DNA from: Lama glama
Taxonomy: Eukaryota
DNA: 64,000 bases
Assembly (NCBI GenBank): GCA_028534125.1
Contig: CM052816.1
Span: 2,978,001 to 3,042,000, forward strand
Reading direction: 5' to 3'
Below are positions 39,963 through 50,895 of this stretch, piece after piece. Position 1 is the stretch's first letter, and the number at the start of each line of letters is the position of its first letter. Under the pieces are notes generated by a model. That model searched no databases. It was not told the DNA's origin and saw only the letters and a list, made by a program, of their open reading frames with translations. The position numbers were made by a program, and so were the translations under genes.

Positions 39963-42204
39963 AAAATCCAGTGAATGAGTGGTGCTGGGTTGTTCAGAGT
40001 TAAGCACTCTCTTTAGGGACTCTTAGTCCTGTCCTACCTATTGCTGGGGTGTTGTGAGGAGCAAACGTGAAAAGTGTGTAAGAGCACTGTGAATTGATTT
40101 TAATTGTAGATTTTAGCCCTATAAAAAGCAGTGGTTCAGTATTGCTTTAAGGTAAAAAATCTTCAGAACACGAGCAGCTTCTTACATTCTTCACTCTGGT
40201 CATTCCCTGATAATTTCCTGTAATTTTGTTTGCATAACAGATCCTTGACCTTTGTCTGAATTGTGTGTGGGTTTTAAAAAATTGATGGGTGATCCCCCTC
40301 TAGTGTCTGAATTATCCATTCTTTAAAAAACATTTGTGTCAATCGTAGGAAATTTTGGGAATTAAACTGGCTGTTTTTTCCCTGTTCATCTGGACATGAT
40401 TTTTTTTTTTTTAACTTTTCTTTCTTTGGGAGACAGGGCGTGAGTTATTTTCCTTTCTTAAAAAGGTCACTGGTATTATGCATGGGGTGTGGATTGAGAG
40501 CAGTAGAAAACATGGGAAAGGAAGGATCAAAATACCATTTCTACCTTTTTAGAAATAGTTATTTTTAAATGACCTGGAATGAGGCCAAACTATACAGTGT
40601 TGTTTTGTTTTAGTTTGCATTTGTTGCTGAATTAAGTACAGCTTAAAAATACTTTGTTTTGGAATCCTTTATGCCATCAGATCTCATCTTAAGAGTGTTC
40701 CAGTTTCTGGAAAGCAACGGTTTCATTGGAAAATGGCTTTAAAATAGAGCCTGATACTCTGTGGAAGGGTTCTAACTTTGTTACTATTGTTGCCATATTT
40801 TTCCATGGATATACTTTATATTGTGAATGTATTCTGATGGCAGGTTGTGATTTTACATAATTCCCTTTGTTTTTCAACCAAGGAAATAAGGAGATTCTTA
40901 AATTACTGGCTCTCTGCCAGCTCTTCCTCTTAAACACACAGCACTCAAACACACAGGCTTCAGTTAAGAATCTTGTGAAGGGTTAGGGAAACAGGACCTT
41001 TCTCATTTGACCCATGGGCTTTTGTAGCTTGAACAAGGAAAGTAGTGTTCTGAAAGCTACAGCATTTATGAAGGCTCTAGTAAAAATATTTCATGTACAT
41101 GGACTAGAGATTAACTCTTTTCATCTTGTCCTCCAACAATTAAACAATGCAAACAGATTTCAATGCGCTCTTGGTGATGAAATACTCGGGTGGCTTATAA
41201 TCTTAATTGCTATTGTTTATTCCTCCAGCTGCATTTTAATACTTTTAACTGCCTTAGCCACATATTCTTCAGTTACTAGAATAAACAAAAGCATTCTGAA
41301 ATCCATTATTTTGTGGCATCTTAAAATGCAAATGTGTCATTGGCTGCCTTGATTTTATTTTGGTTCCATTGTTGGCAAAATAAGAAAAAAATGTTATTAT
41401 TTCTTTATATGCACAATTATTGTCAATAGAATCATTACTGGATTTTTATAAAAATCTATTCATTAATAATCTTAAATTTTTAAGAAGGCATTGGAGACCA
41501 TGAATTTTTTTTAGTGCCAGGGAAATAATTTATAAATAATTTTACACTATCAGACCACTTGATATTTTAGAAGGCAGCTTTCTCCAAGATTTGACAAAGT
41601 TATCAGATTTTGGTTTTCTACCTTGGTAGAACAGTATTCTGAATGTAAATCTAGAAGCCAGATTTAGTCTGTGATTTGGCACGTCATATTTATATACATT
41701 TAAATTTGAACTAACACCATTTATTAATTGAAATAAAAATAAATTTGAAATTATATTTGAGAGATTCGAGTACCAGTTAGAACCAGACTTCCTTATTTAA
41801 AACAGAACTTTCTGATGACTGAAAAACCATACAGCATAAGTGGGGTATATGTAACTCATAGTTACCAAATTCTTATTTTTCACTATTTCTGAAACTTAAA
41901 TTTTAAGTGGAAGTTTGGAATTACTATATTCACAGGCATCTGTTATAACAGTTGTTCAGTAATAATTGGAGCTTTAGATGTCAAATGAGTACTACTATAG
42001 TTGTCACATTTTCACAACATTTCTTTATTCCTCAGAATGTCTTTGAATTCTTAAATCCATATAAACATGAGAAATTCTGTTTTAACAACCAAATATTTTG
42101 CCATCTCATGTCTTAATAGTAAGGGACTCTTTTCAAAGTTAGTTCTTTCTTATAAAAATACCACTTAATATTTTAAAATTCTAATAGGTGGTTATTATCT
42201 CTGA

Positions 42205-42430
42205 TAATACAGCTAACATTTATTTAGCACTTCTAAGTATCAGACACTGCACCATTCATTGTGTGCCATTTGATAACGTTGCCCTTTGAGGCAGCAGTAG
42301 TATTTCTTATTTCCATTTTACATTGGAGGAAACTGAGATTAAGAGAATTAAAATAGTATTGCCAAAGGTCACAAAGTAAGTAATTGGAGTTAGATCTTTC
42401 TGACTCATAGAACCCCTGTTCTTAGCCACA
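42205..42430 (-). mobile_element. MIR SINE
   Basis: cagctaacatttatttagcactt...ccattttacattggaggaaactgaga...ccaaaggtcaca. Confidence 0.85.
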
Positions 42431-43081
42431 GCTGAAGTCTTAAGTGGAAGTTAAATACATCATCGTATGATCTCCTGATAGAATGTTATGTAGCCATTAA
42501 AAGTGAGGATTACAGTGACTGTAGAGTGACAGAAAATGTATGTGATACAGTTAAGTGAAAAAAATAAGGATTATAATTGAATGTGCATAGTGGTTCTAAA
42601 CATCTTCAGAGTGTTATCTTTGATTTTTCATTGCTTTTTTTATATACAGTATAATAAGTCAGCTGTTACATAAGTTTGCTTATTAACTTACAGAATTTCT
42701 ATAAACAGAAAACATAAAACTGTATGTAAACCAGGTCTGATCAGCAAGCTGACAACTCAGTTTTATAATAGACTCTTAGCATGTTCAATTTCCTTTTTAA
42801 TTTGACCCAAAGCCATTTTTTACTGGACTTATGCCAGCTCTAATATAATCTCTCATCTGTATTCTTGAAGGCTAATGGAATAGTAAAATCTTCTTAAGAG
42901 ATAACTTAAATGTGTTATATAGTGTCCTCGGGGTAGCTTGTGCACAAAAGATGTTTTCTTTCCCACCCTGTAGAGGTATCTCATTAGGACACCCAGTAGT
43001 GTCATTATTAAGTTTTCATGTGTTTCTCAGTTTTGATGCTAATCTTTGTGCGTATGTGCGTGCATTTTTTTTTCTCTGCAG

Positions 43082-43186
43082 CACCAATGTGGTAATGAAT
43101 TATTCAGAAATCGAGTCTAAGGTTCGAGAAGCAACGAATGACGATCCTTGGGGACCTTCGGGGCAACTCATGGGAGAGATTGCCAA
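43082..43186 (+). CDS. CLINT1: CLINT1 exon 2 (TNVVMNYSEIESKVREATNDDPWGPSGQLMGEIAK, start of ENTH domain, 105 nt)
   Basis: Acceptor tttttctctgcag|C, donor CAA|GTAAGT; ENTH signature VREATNDDPWGP. Confidence 0.98.
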
Positions 43187-43747
43187 GTAAGTGATAATTT
43201 GACTCAGCAGTGCAGAAAGAATCTGACTATCTTTACACAGAAAAGTGAAATTTGCTTTTAGTTTTAAACTGCTTAGCTGCCACATATAAATTTTGCAGAC
43301 TCATTCAGATATTAATGGAAGAAGTTTTACACAGGATCCATTCCCCTTAAATACTAGCTCAAAAAAGCAAAACAAATTTTTTTTGTCAATGACGTTTAGA
43401 GATTTACTGTAGCTTACTACATAAAGTTTTGACAAATGTGTATTAAATAACTTGAAATAATGCTTAGGAAAACTTTTTACTGATAAACATCTGGATGACT
43501 ATGTCAGTGAATGAAAGGCTTATAAAAAATATATTAGTTACTGAGACTTACAAATGTGCTAGATTTTATACAAAATAAAGGATAAAGACACTTTTAAGGA
43601 AGCATATTATTTAAATTTTTTTTTGAATTAAGTTTATTAATTTTTTTTAAAGCTCTTCAGGGAAACATAGTAACTTAGAACAAGCCTGCCATCTGCTGTC
43701 AAAATTAACATATTGCAAACTCTTCAGGAAAATTATTCTTTTTTCAG

Positions 43748-43844
43748 GGCTACATTTATGTATGAACAATTTCCAGAACTTATGAACATGCTTTGGTCAC
43801 GAATGTTAAAAGACAACAAAAAAAATTGGAGAAGAGTTTATAAG
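43748..43844 (+). CDS. CLINT1: CLINT1 exon 3 (ATFMYEQFPELMNMLWSRMLKDNKKNWRRVYK, 97 nt)
   Basis: Acceptor ttctttttcag|G, donor AAG|GTATGG; ENTH NWRRVYK motif. Confidence 0.98.
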
Positions 43845-45290
43845 GTATGGGTATTAGTCTGTATTTCTTATTTTACATGTTGAAGACAAATGCTTGGAAT
43901 TTTAAGGTGTACATGCATAAATGATTATGGAGGGCATGAAATCCTAGAATGGAACATTCTAAAACAGATAAAAGAAGTAGATTTGCTGTTTGTGTCCTGT
44001 TTTCTAGTTTCCATAAACAGCTATTCATATATTTGTGTATATCAAAAGTAATGAATCTATAGTGGTATGTATGTTTGGTGCATGAGCAATTAAGATGAAA
44101 AGCACAGTCTAATATGATTTGTCATCTCTGCATAAAAATTTGCCAGTATTATCACAGTATTGTGCACCAAAAATACTCTTTAAAATACAGTAAGATATTC
44201 TAGATAATATTAAAACTGTAACATTTTAGAATTTGCAAATATGTACTCTTCATTAAGTTCCTTTCAGTAGTTCTGATCTCATCATATAATGTATAATTCT
44301 AAAACAAGATAGTCATCTGTTCTTCCATCCCCACCGTATTTTCTTGCTGCTTGAAAACTTTTTCTGTTTTCCAAAATGGCATTATAATATTCATATATGA
44401 AACTTTGAAAGCCTTATTTCTGGCTTTCAGTGTTGCAAATCAGTGCTTTATTTAGTTCCATGTTTTTGATGTTGTTTCTAGAAACACTGTCATTCCTTTA
44501 GCTTGTACAGTAGTAATAATGAAACCGTTGGAATTTCTATAAATTCATTTTTGTTAATTTGAGGGTTTTGTTTGTTTTAATAGTTTTTGAGTAAACTACT
44601 TTTTTAAAGAATCAGTTCCTGGTAGGATGAGGCTTTTTTTGCCCCTTGATTTCACCAACCTAACTAGATTTCCATAGATCTAATCATTTTTAGTTGATGT
44701 TTGTTCCAAACAAAGTTAAGGTCAGAATACATAATTCAGTGGTTTTTAGTGTACTCACAAAGTTGTGTAGTAGTTACTGTAAACCAGAACATTTTCATTG
44801 CCTCAAAAAGGAACCCTACAAATGTTTTTTAAACAAAAGCCATATGATTAACCCCCCCAAATTAAATTTTATCTGGGGAAAATGCTATGGGAGCATATAA
44901 TTACCAAATTGTTCTCTTTAAACTGATGTTTCTAACGATAAAACTGAACCGACTTTCTGAAAGCTTAGTATTCATTTATATCATATATTCAGATTTTTTA
45001 AAACATCTGAATTTTTTTTAATCTTTCGACATGCAGTATCCAGTGGACAGTGTATTTACTATTTGTTATAAGTGTGTATTACTTATTTGTTATAGGAGGG
45101 ACTTTAAATTGATAATATGAGTTTTAGACTATGTAATTTAAACTTTCTAATGTAAGGTAAAGAACTCCCCCCCCCACACACACACAGAAAGATGATTTAT
45201 TTGCTAATGTTAGAATTACTTTTTAGCCATTTACCACAGCTCTTCCAGAATTTATTTTGTTAAGTCATTTGGTGCTTTGTATTTTTACAG

Positions 45291-45399
45291 TCATTGCTGC
45301 TCCTAGCTTACCTCATAAGGAATGGATCAGAGCGTGTTGTTACAAGTGCCAGAGAACACATTTATGATTTGCGATCCCTGGAAAATTACCACTTTGTAG
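45291..45399 (+). CDS. CLINT1: CLINT1 exon 4 (SLLLLAYLIRNGSERVVTSAREHIYDLRSLENYHFV, 109 nt)
   Basis: Acceptor atttttacag|T, donor TAG|GTGAGC; ENTH YLIRNGSER motif. Confidence 0.98.
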
Positions 45400-46355
45400 G
45401 TGAGCAATAGAAAAACCTTACAAACAAATTAAAACAGTAGTTGGGGTTGTCAGTCACCTGAACCAGCTTAGAAGCTTCTCCGCTCTAATTAGAATGTGAC
45501 TGTTGCTGGTTGTGTGACGAGTGCAGAATCCAAGACGTGGGGCCCTAGAGTATTAATTAGTGAAGACAAGAACTTGCAGAAAAGACTGGCTAATAACAAC
45601 AGAACCAACACAACATGAGTGTTCGGGTTTATATTAAAATATGCACTGGAGACTGGTCCCCTGTGGTGTCCATAAAGGAGTAGCTTTAATCATATGGGAA
45701 GAAAAGGTTAGAGCTCCAAAACACACACATCTGTTTGAAGCTGGGTTTTTTTCCTCCCACCAAATAATATTTACTGTGCAAAGGCAGCAAGGCCAGAGTG
45801 TGTTTTGAATGTGAAAGAGGATACAGAATGAACCACATTTCATTTTGTAGCATACCCCAGTTAAAAGCACTTTATAAAAATTCAGTTATTCAGCTACACT
45901 AAATCCTGGGTAATTAGTGTTTCCAAACTTGTATTGGGGAAACCAAGGGGTTTGGGTGGTTTTCAGTTATTAGAATGTTAAAGTAGGTTTTGTTTTGTGA
46001 AAATGCTACATAAAAAAGAAAACATTTATGGGTATTAGTCCATTTTGTGTGGTCATCATTAGTAATCCTTTTTGGTGAATCTTTGATTTTGCATGGCACT
46101 GGTATCTGTGGTCCTTTTTAGCTCATTTTTACATACTCTGGTAAGCCAGAATTGCACCTCAAGACTTAAGATTTGCTGATGAGCAAATGACAAAATTCAG
46201 TAACAATTTGCCTCTTTTTATTAATTTTAAAATATTGAAGTTGGTTTCTTGTGTTGAAATTTTCATGTCTTTTTTTTGTTTTTTTTTGTTAGAGGGTTTG
46301 ATACATATTAGCTGAATTATTCTAAGGTTTTGTTTCTCCCTTACCATCCTCACAG

Positions 46356-46520
46356 ATGAGCATGGCAAGGATCAAGGTATAAATATTCGCCAGAAGGTGA
46401 AAGAATTGGTTGAATTTGCCCAGGATGACGACAGGCTTCGTGAAGAGCGAAAGAAAGCAAAGAAGAACAAAGACAAATATGTTGGGGTTTCCTCAGACAG
46501 TGTTGGAGGATTCAGATACA
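46356..46520 (+). CDS. CLINT1: CLINT1 exon 5 (DEHGKDQGINIRQKVKELVEFAQDDDRLREERKKAKKNKDKYVGVSSDSVGGFRY, 165 nt)
   Basis: Acceptor ccatcctcacag|A, donor ACA|GTGAGT; end of the ENTH domain (GKDQGINIR, RLREER). Confidence 0.98.
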
Positions 46521-46792
46521 GTGAGTATCAAGGACAAACTAGCACTTAAGCATCAGTTTAGCTTCTGGGGGCATTTTAAGAGTCATTGAAATATGGAAGA
46601 CAAAAATGCTATTTTTCAAAAGGTTATGTAGAATTCTAAGATATATATAATACTCATTTTGGCTCCTGTGGATCTTAGGAATCTTTCTATTTTTTTTTTA
46701 CTTTTGTGGGCTCAAAAATACGATTTTAATCTTAGCATCAATCATTATTGAATAACTGCAAACTTTGAGTTGATGTACAGAGAATAAAGCAG

Positions 46793-46804
46793 ATATATAT
46801 ATAT

Positions 46805-46855
<51 letters not shown>
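46793..46855. repeat. Compound microsatellite (AT)n-(TG)n-(TA)n
   Basis: Directly visible. Confidence 0.97.
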
Positions 46856-46857
<2 letters not shown>

Positions 46858-49108
46858 CTTTCCTCTTGGGGTTCCCATTCTAAAAAAGAAAAGGTTTCTC
46901 TCACTGCTTAGAGTGTAAAAAATACAAAGTTTGATCAAAAGATTGATCTTTCTAATTAGAAACCAGTTTAGCTCTATTTTTGGCCAGAAATAGATGAGCT
47001 TCATACAAGTTGGTCCATCCTCAGTCTTTTCCTTTGTTAAGCAATGTGTTAATTTGACGTAGAAAAAGGTGACTGACAATACCATCAGTTTTTCACCTAG
47101 GCCTATCACTTTATTGTTCCTAACATAGTTAAAAACGGCTCAAACATTCATCTCTTATGTTTATTTTTATTGTAATAATATAGTTTCTCTACAATATATG
47201 ACTAGGTGCTTGAAACAGATACAGAAAATAAGAACTCTGTTTCACAGCTTGTTCCTTTGGATTCATTCTGTCTTCAGTGAACGCTGACAGTCCCTGGTCA
47301 GACAGGCCAGTGCTGTGCATACTTAGATACACAGCCCTACCCATATCTGAGTTTGTTTATATTTGGATTATACTGAGATGTCATAACTCCTTCATTGCAA
47401 CTGTGTAATAATCTCCTATTTCTTATTTTGTAATTATCTATAAAATATTTTCACTGCTTTGCTTCTCCACTTTCTTGCCCTCAAAGAAAAAATACTTAAT
47501 TGGTTAATGTTTCTAGCAGCAGAAAAATTCCTTTCTTTTAAGTCTGAGATCACATAAAAGTTAGTTCTTGAATTGAACAAAATTATTTCTCTTAGATCAC
47601 ATAAATAGGTTTTGGAGTTTTTATTTGTTTAGAAGAGTAAGAAGCTTTTAGATTATTTGCCCAAGTAGGCATTTTATTCTTTAGCTTTTTCAAAGTAGCT
47701 TTAGCAATTTAATGTGTTTTTGAGTAGAAATTGCTATTCAACTCCTTTCTCGTTCTAGTTACTAGTAACCCTTCTTTTTTTTATCAGCATAGTATATAAT
47801 TAGGTTAATTTAGACAATTTAAGTTTTCAGACTCAGTCACAGTGAACTAAATACAGCATCTGCATTAGAGATAAGAGTTGAACATGATGTGTATCTGCCT
47901 TGCCTTCTTTTGTAAGTTATTTTTAATGTTAACATATATTATTCAGAGACTTAAATAATCAATTTTAACTATTTTACATGCTTTTCATTTTGACAGTAAT
48001 GTCTTGCCATTTTCCAGTATCTTTGGCACTCATTTAGATGATGTCCACCATACTAATCAGTTTAGTTTTCATTTTTCCTCTAAGTTTATTTCTTTGCAAA
48101 GTCTAGTTCATCACATTGTCATTGAAGTGTACATACACATTACTGTATACTCATTTGTATAAAGCCATCCTGGCTAAAATTTTGTCTAGGAAACATTTTG
48201 TCATGTTCTTTTTAAGTTGATGGTCAGTTTCAGATTTGTAGATGTTTTTAAATCCTCAAACTCTTAACAGAATATTTTGACTTTGCAGTTTTAACAAACA
48301 ATTCAACAAAATGGTTTTGTTCAATTTCCAAAGGGCATGTATGCCATCAGAACCTGTTAACCAGGGTGTAAAACACTCAACCACCTTTTGATTATTTTGC
48401 TATTTCTCCTTGCTCCTTCCTTTTTCTCTGCAACCTGCCTTAATTTTTAACCTTCTCTTCTTTTTAACCTTACATGATTTCTCCATACCTTCAACTCTTG
48501 CCTCTTTGAGTTTCAACATGGAAATGTAAAAGGTTGCATTTAGTGCTTATAAATACTCTCTGTCCTTTAGGCTGCCAAGGTCAAGGACTAAAACAAATCT
48601 TGACATTTGGGGCTTTTGTTCACTGCCAATGATCTATTGTCTCCATTCTCAAATCCTTACAGAGATTCCCTTAGTTTTGTGAGTCTCAGCGTGTGTGTGG
48701 ACTTGGTGTTTGAATAGATCATCACTTTTCTGAACTGCTTGAGCATTTTTCATGATTCTAGTCTGCATAGTTTTTGGTAGTTAGAATATTCTTTTTTCAG
48801 TGTTTAAAAGATGCTTTCCCATGACATGAAATCCATTGTTATTTTTTTAGTTTGACAGTAAAGAATGATACTTACGAGTGTTTTCAGCACATGGAGTCTT
48901 TTCAGCACATTCAGAGTTGTGTTTCCTATAGTTTGTGTTTTTTTTAGAGACTTGCTGTCCAATACTTTTCTGATAATTGAAAAACCATTGAGATAGGAGT
49001 GAAATATAATGCATTAAGTGACTTTTGTAAAAGCAAAAAGATTTCCATTTCCCTTTTGTTTATATAGCCTCTGTTGGTTTTTGTATTTTCCTCTTCTCCT
49101 CTCAACAG

Positions 49109-49147
49109 CCCTTAAGAACTTCCTGATATGCTGTGCTATGCGCTCAG
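49109..49147 (+). CDS. CLINT1: Candidate 39-nt alternative cassette exon in CLINT1 intron 5 (replaces S173 with TLKNFLICCAMRSG)
   Basis: Long polypyrimidine tract then caacag|; donor CAG|GTTGTG; length is a multiple of 3; open in phase 1; tandem GCATG downstream. Confidence 0.6.
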
Positions 49148-49377
49148 GTTGTGTAAATTTTCATAAACAAAAGCTTTTGAATCTGCATTCCTGCCACTTA
49201 ATGACTGGCATGGCATGCTGTGCCTTGCTGTAATTGTGTTGATTCAGCACTGTGGGAGCTTTCTGTTTTCTTTTGAAAACTATTTTATTATGAGGAAAAG
49301 CTTCAGAAATAAGGACTATAGACACCTTTTGAATTTAATGTCCTTAAAGTTGCTTCTCTTTTTAATGCTTTATATAG

Positions 49378-49555
49378 GTGAAAGATACGATCCTGAGCCC
49401 AAATCAAAATGGGATGAGGAGTGGGATAAAAACAAGAGTGCTTTTCCGTTCAGTGATAAATTAGGTGAACTGAGTGATAAAATTGGAAGCACAATTGATG
49501 ACACCATCAGCAAGTTCCGGAGGAAAGGTAGAGAAGACTCTCCAGAAAGATGCAG
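49378..49555 (+). CDS. CLINT1: CLINT1 exon 6 (SERYDPEPKSKWDEEWDKNKSAFPFSDKLGELSDKIGSTIDDTISKFRRKGREDSPERCS, 178 nt)
   Basis: Acceptor gctttatatag|G, donor CAG|GTATTA; frame continuous with exons 5 and 7. Confidence 0.97.
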
Positions 49556-49689
49556 GTATTAACACTTTGTCTCCTGGATCTCTGGGAAAGAGTGCTGAAT
49601 TTATGCAGCTAGGTGTAGGGATTTTTGTTTTGGGGTGAGGGTATTGTCATTATCTGAAGTTCAGTTTTGTTTTGTTTTGTTTTTTTCCT

Positions 49690-49995
49690 TTAATAGCTTT
49701 TAATTTTTAAAGCTGTTTTTGGTTCACATAAAAATTGTGCATAAGATACAAGTGTTGCCACATAACCTCACCCCTGTGTGTGCAAGCACGGGTGTACACA
49801 TACACACACAGTTTCTCCTGTTACTGACATTTTGCATTAGTGTGGTTCATTTATTAACAATTGATAACCAATATTATTAACTAAATTCTTTTGTTTGCAT
49901 TAGGCTTCACTGTGTTGTATGTTGACATGTGCATAATATCCACCATTACAGAATCATATAGAGTAGTCTAGTGTCACTCCCCTAAAAATGCCCTA
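49690..49995 (-). mobile_element. L1M 3' end, antisense
   Basis: ttttggttcacataaaaattgtgc...tccaccattacagaatcatatagagtag...ccctaaaaatgccct. Confidence 0.7.
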
Positions 49996-50105
49996 TGCAG
50001 AAATATGGAACAGTTCATGAACTTGCATGTTATTCTTTCCCAGGAGCATGCAAATTTTCTGTATTGTTCCAGTTTTAGTATATTTGCTGCTGATATATGC
50101 ACATA

Positions 50106-50107
<2 letters not shown>

Positions 50108-50145
<38 letters not shown>
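50108..50145. repeat. (GT)19 microsatellite
   Basis: Directly visible. Confidence 0.97.
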
Positions 50146-50149
<4 letters not shown>

Positions 50150-50699
50150 CATATACAAAAATATCGTATATGCTATGCAACTGTTTATAAGATGCTAGGT
50201 CAGACATTTGCATTTAGTATTGACACTTCCTTGTTTATATCCATTTATTTCTAAAACTGAATCGTATTTCCAGTATTATTTTATTCAGGCTATTTATTGG
50301 AATTTTTATCCCAGTAAGAACTTTGACAGCGTATTTTACATTTGGGCATCAGATGATCCAGGAATCTAAGTTATTGCTGAGGGATAATGACGTTTATTAT
50401 TATACTAAATCTAAACAAAAGTTAAAGAGTTTGAAATGTACCTCTTTCTGTGATATTTTAGATTCTGTGCCAGTGTATCAACCTGAAAAAAATCCAGATG
50501 GATTATTAGACTAAAATGTTCTCTAGTATATACCTATATTTTCGTAAACTGCATTTTCTGATGGTGGGGCATTTGTATTTAGTTTTATATAGAACAGTAC
50601 TTGGAACTTTTCAGCATTTGCTTTTTGTTCTTGCCTACAAATACAGCTACCAGTACAGCTGTTAACTAGTTTTTCTGCCAGTTAAAAGGGCAATGTACA

Positions 50700-50895
50700 T
50701 AGTACTTAATCTGCAGAGCAAGTTCAAGGTCTTTGTGCCTCACTGTATCTCTATGAGATAGGCTAGAGCAAGGATTTTACCCTTATTTTTTGGAAGTAAA
50801 ACCTGAGGCCCAATCAGGCTGTGTGGAACTTGCCTAAAGTAATACAGAGATGAAACCAAGCCTTCAAGTGAGTTCTTGTAACTAAGTACCACCTC
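50700..50895 (-). mobile_element. MIR SINE
   Basis: aaacctgaggcccaatcagg...aacttgcctaaagtaatacag. Confidence 0.55.

Noticed and set aside
40291..40307. CTCF-like GACACTAGAGGGGGATC on the minus strand
   Set aside because: Lacks the conserved C after the G-run; too weak to call.
42912..43190. ORF track proteins at 42912, 49215 and 53140 as stand-alone genes
   Set aside because: They are CLINT1 exons 2, 6 and 7 extended into intron sequence.
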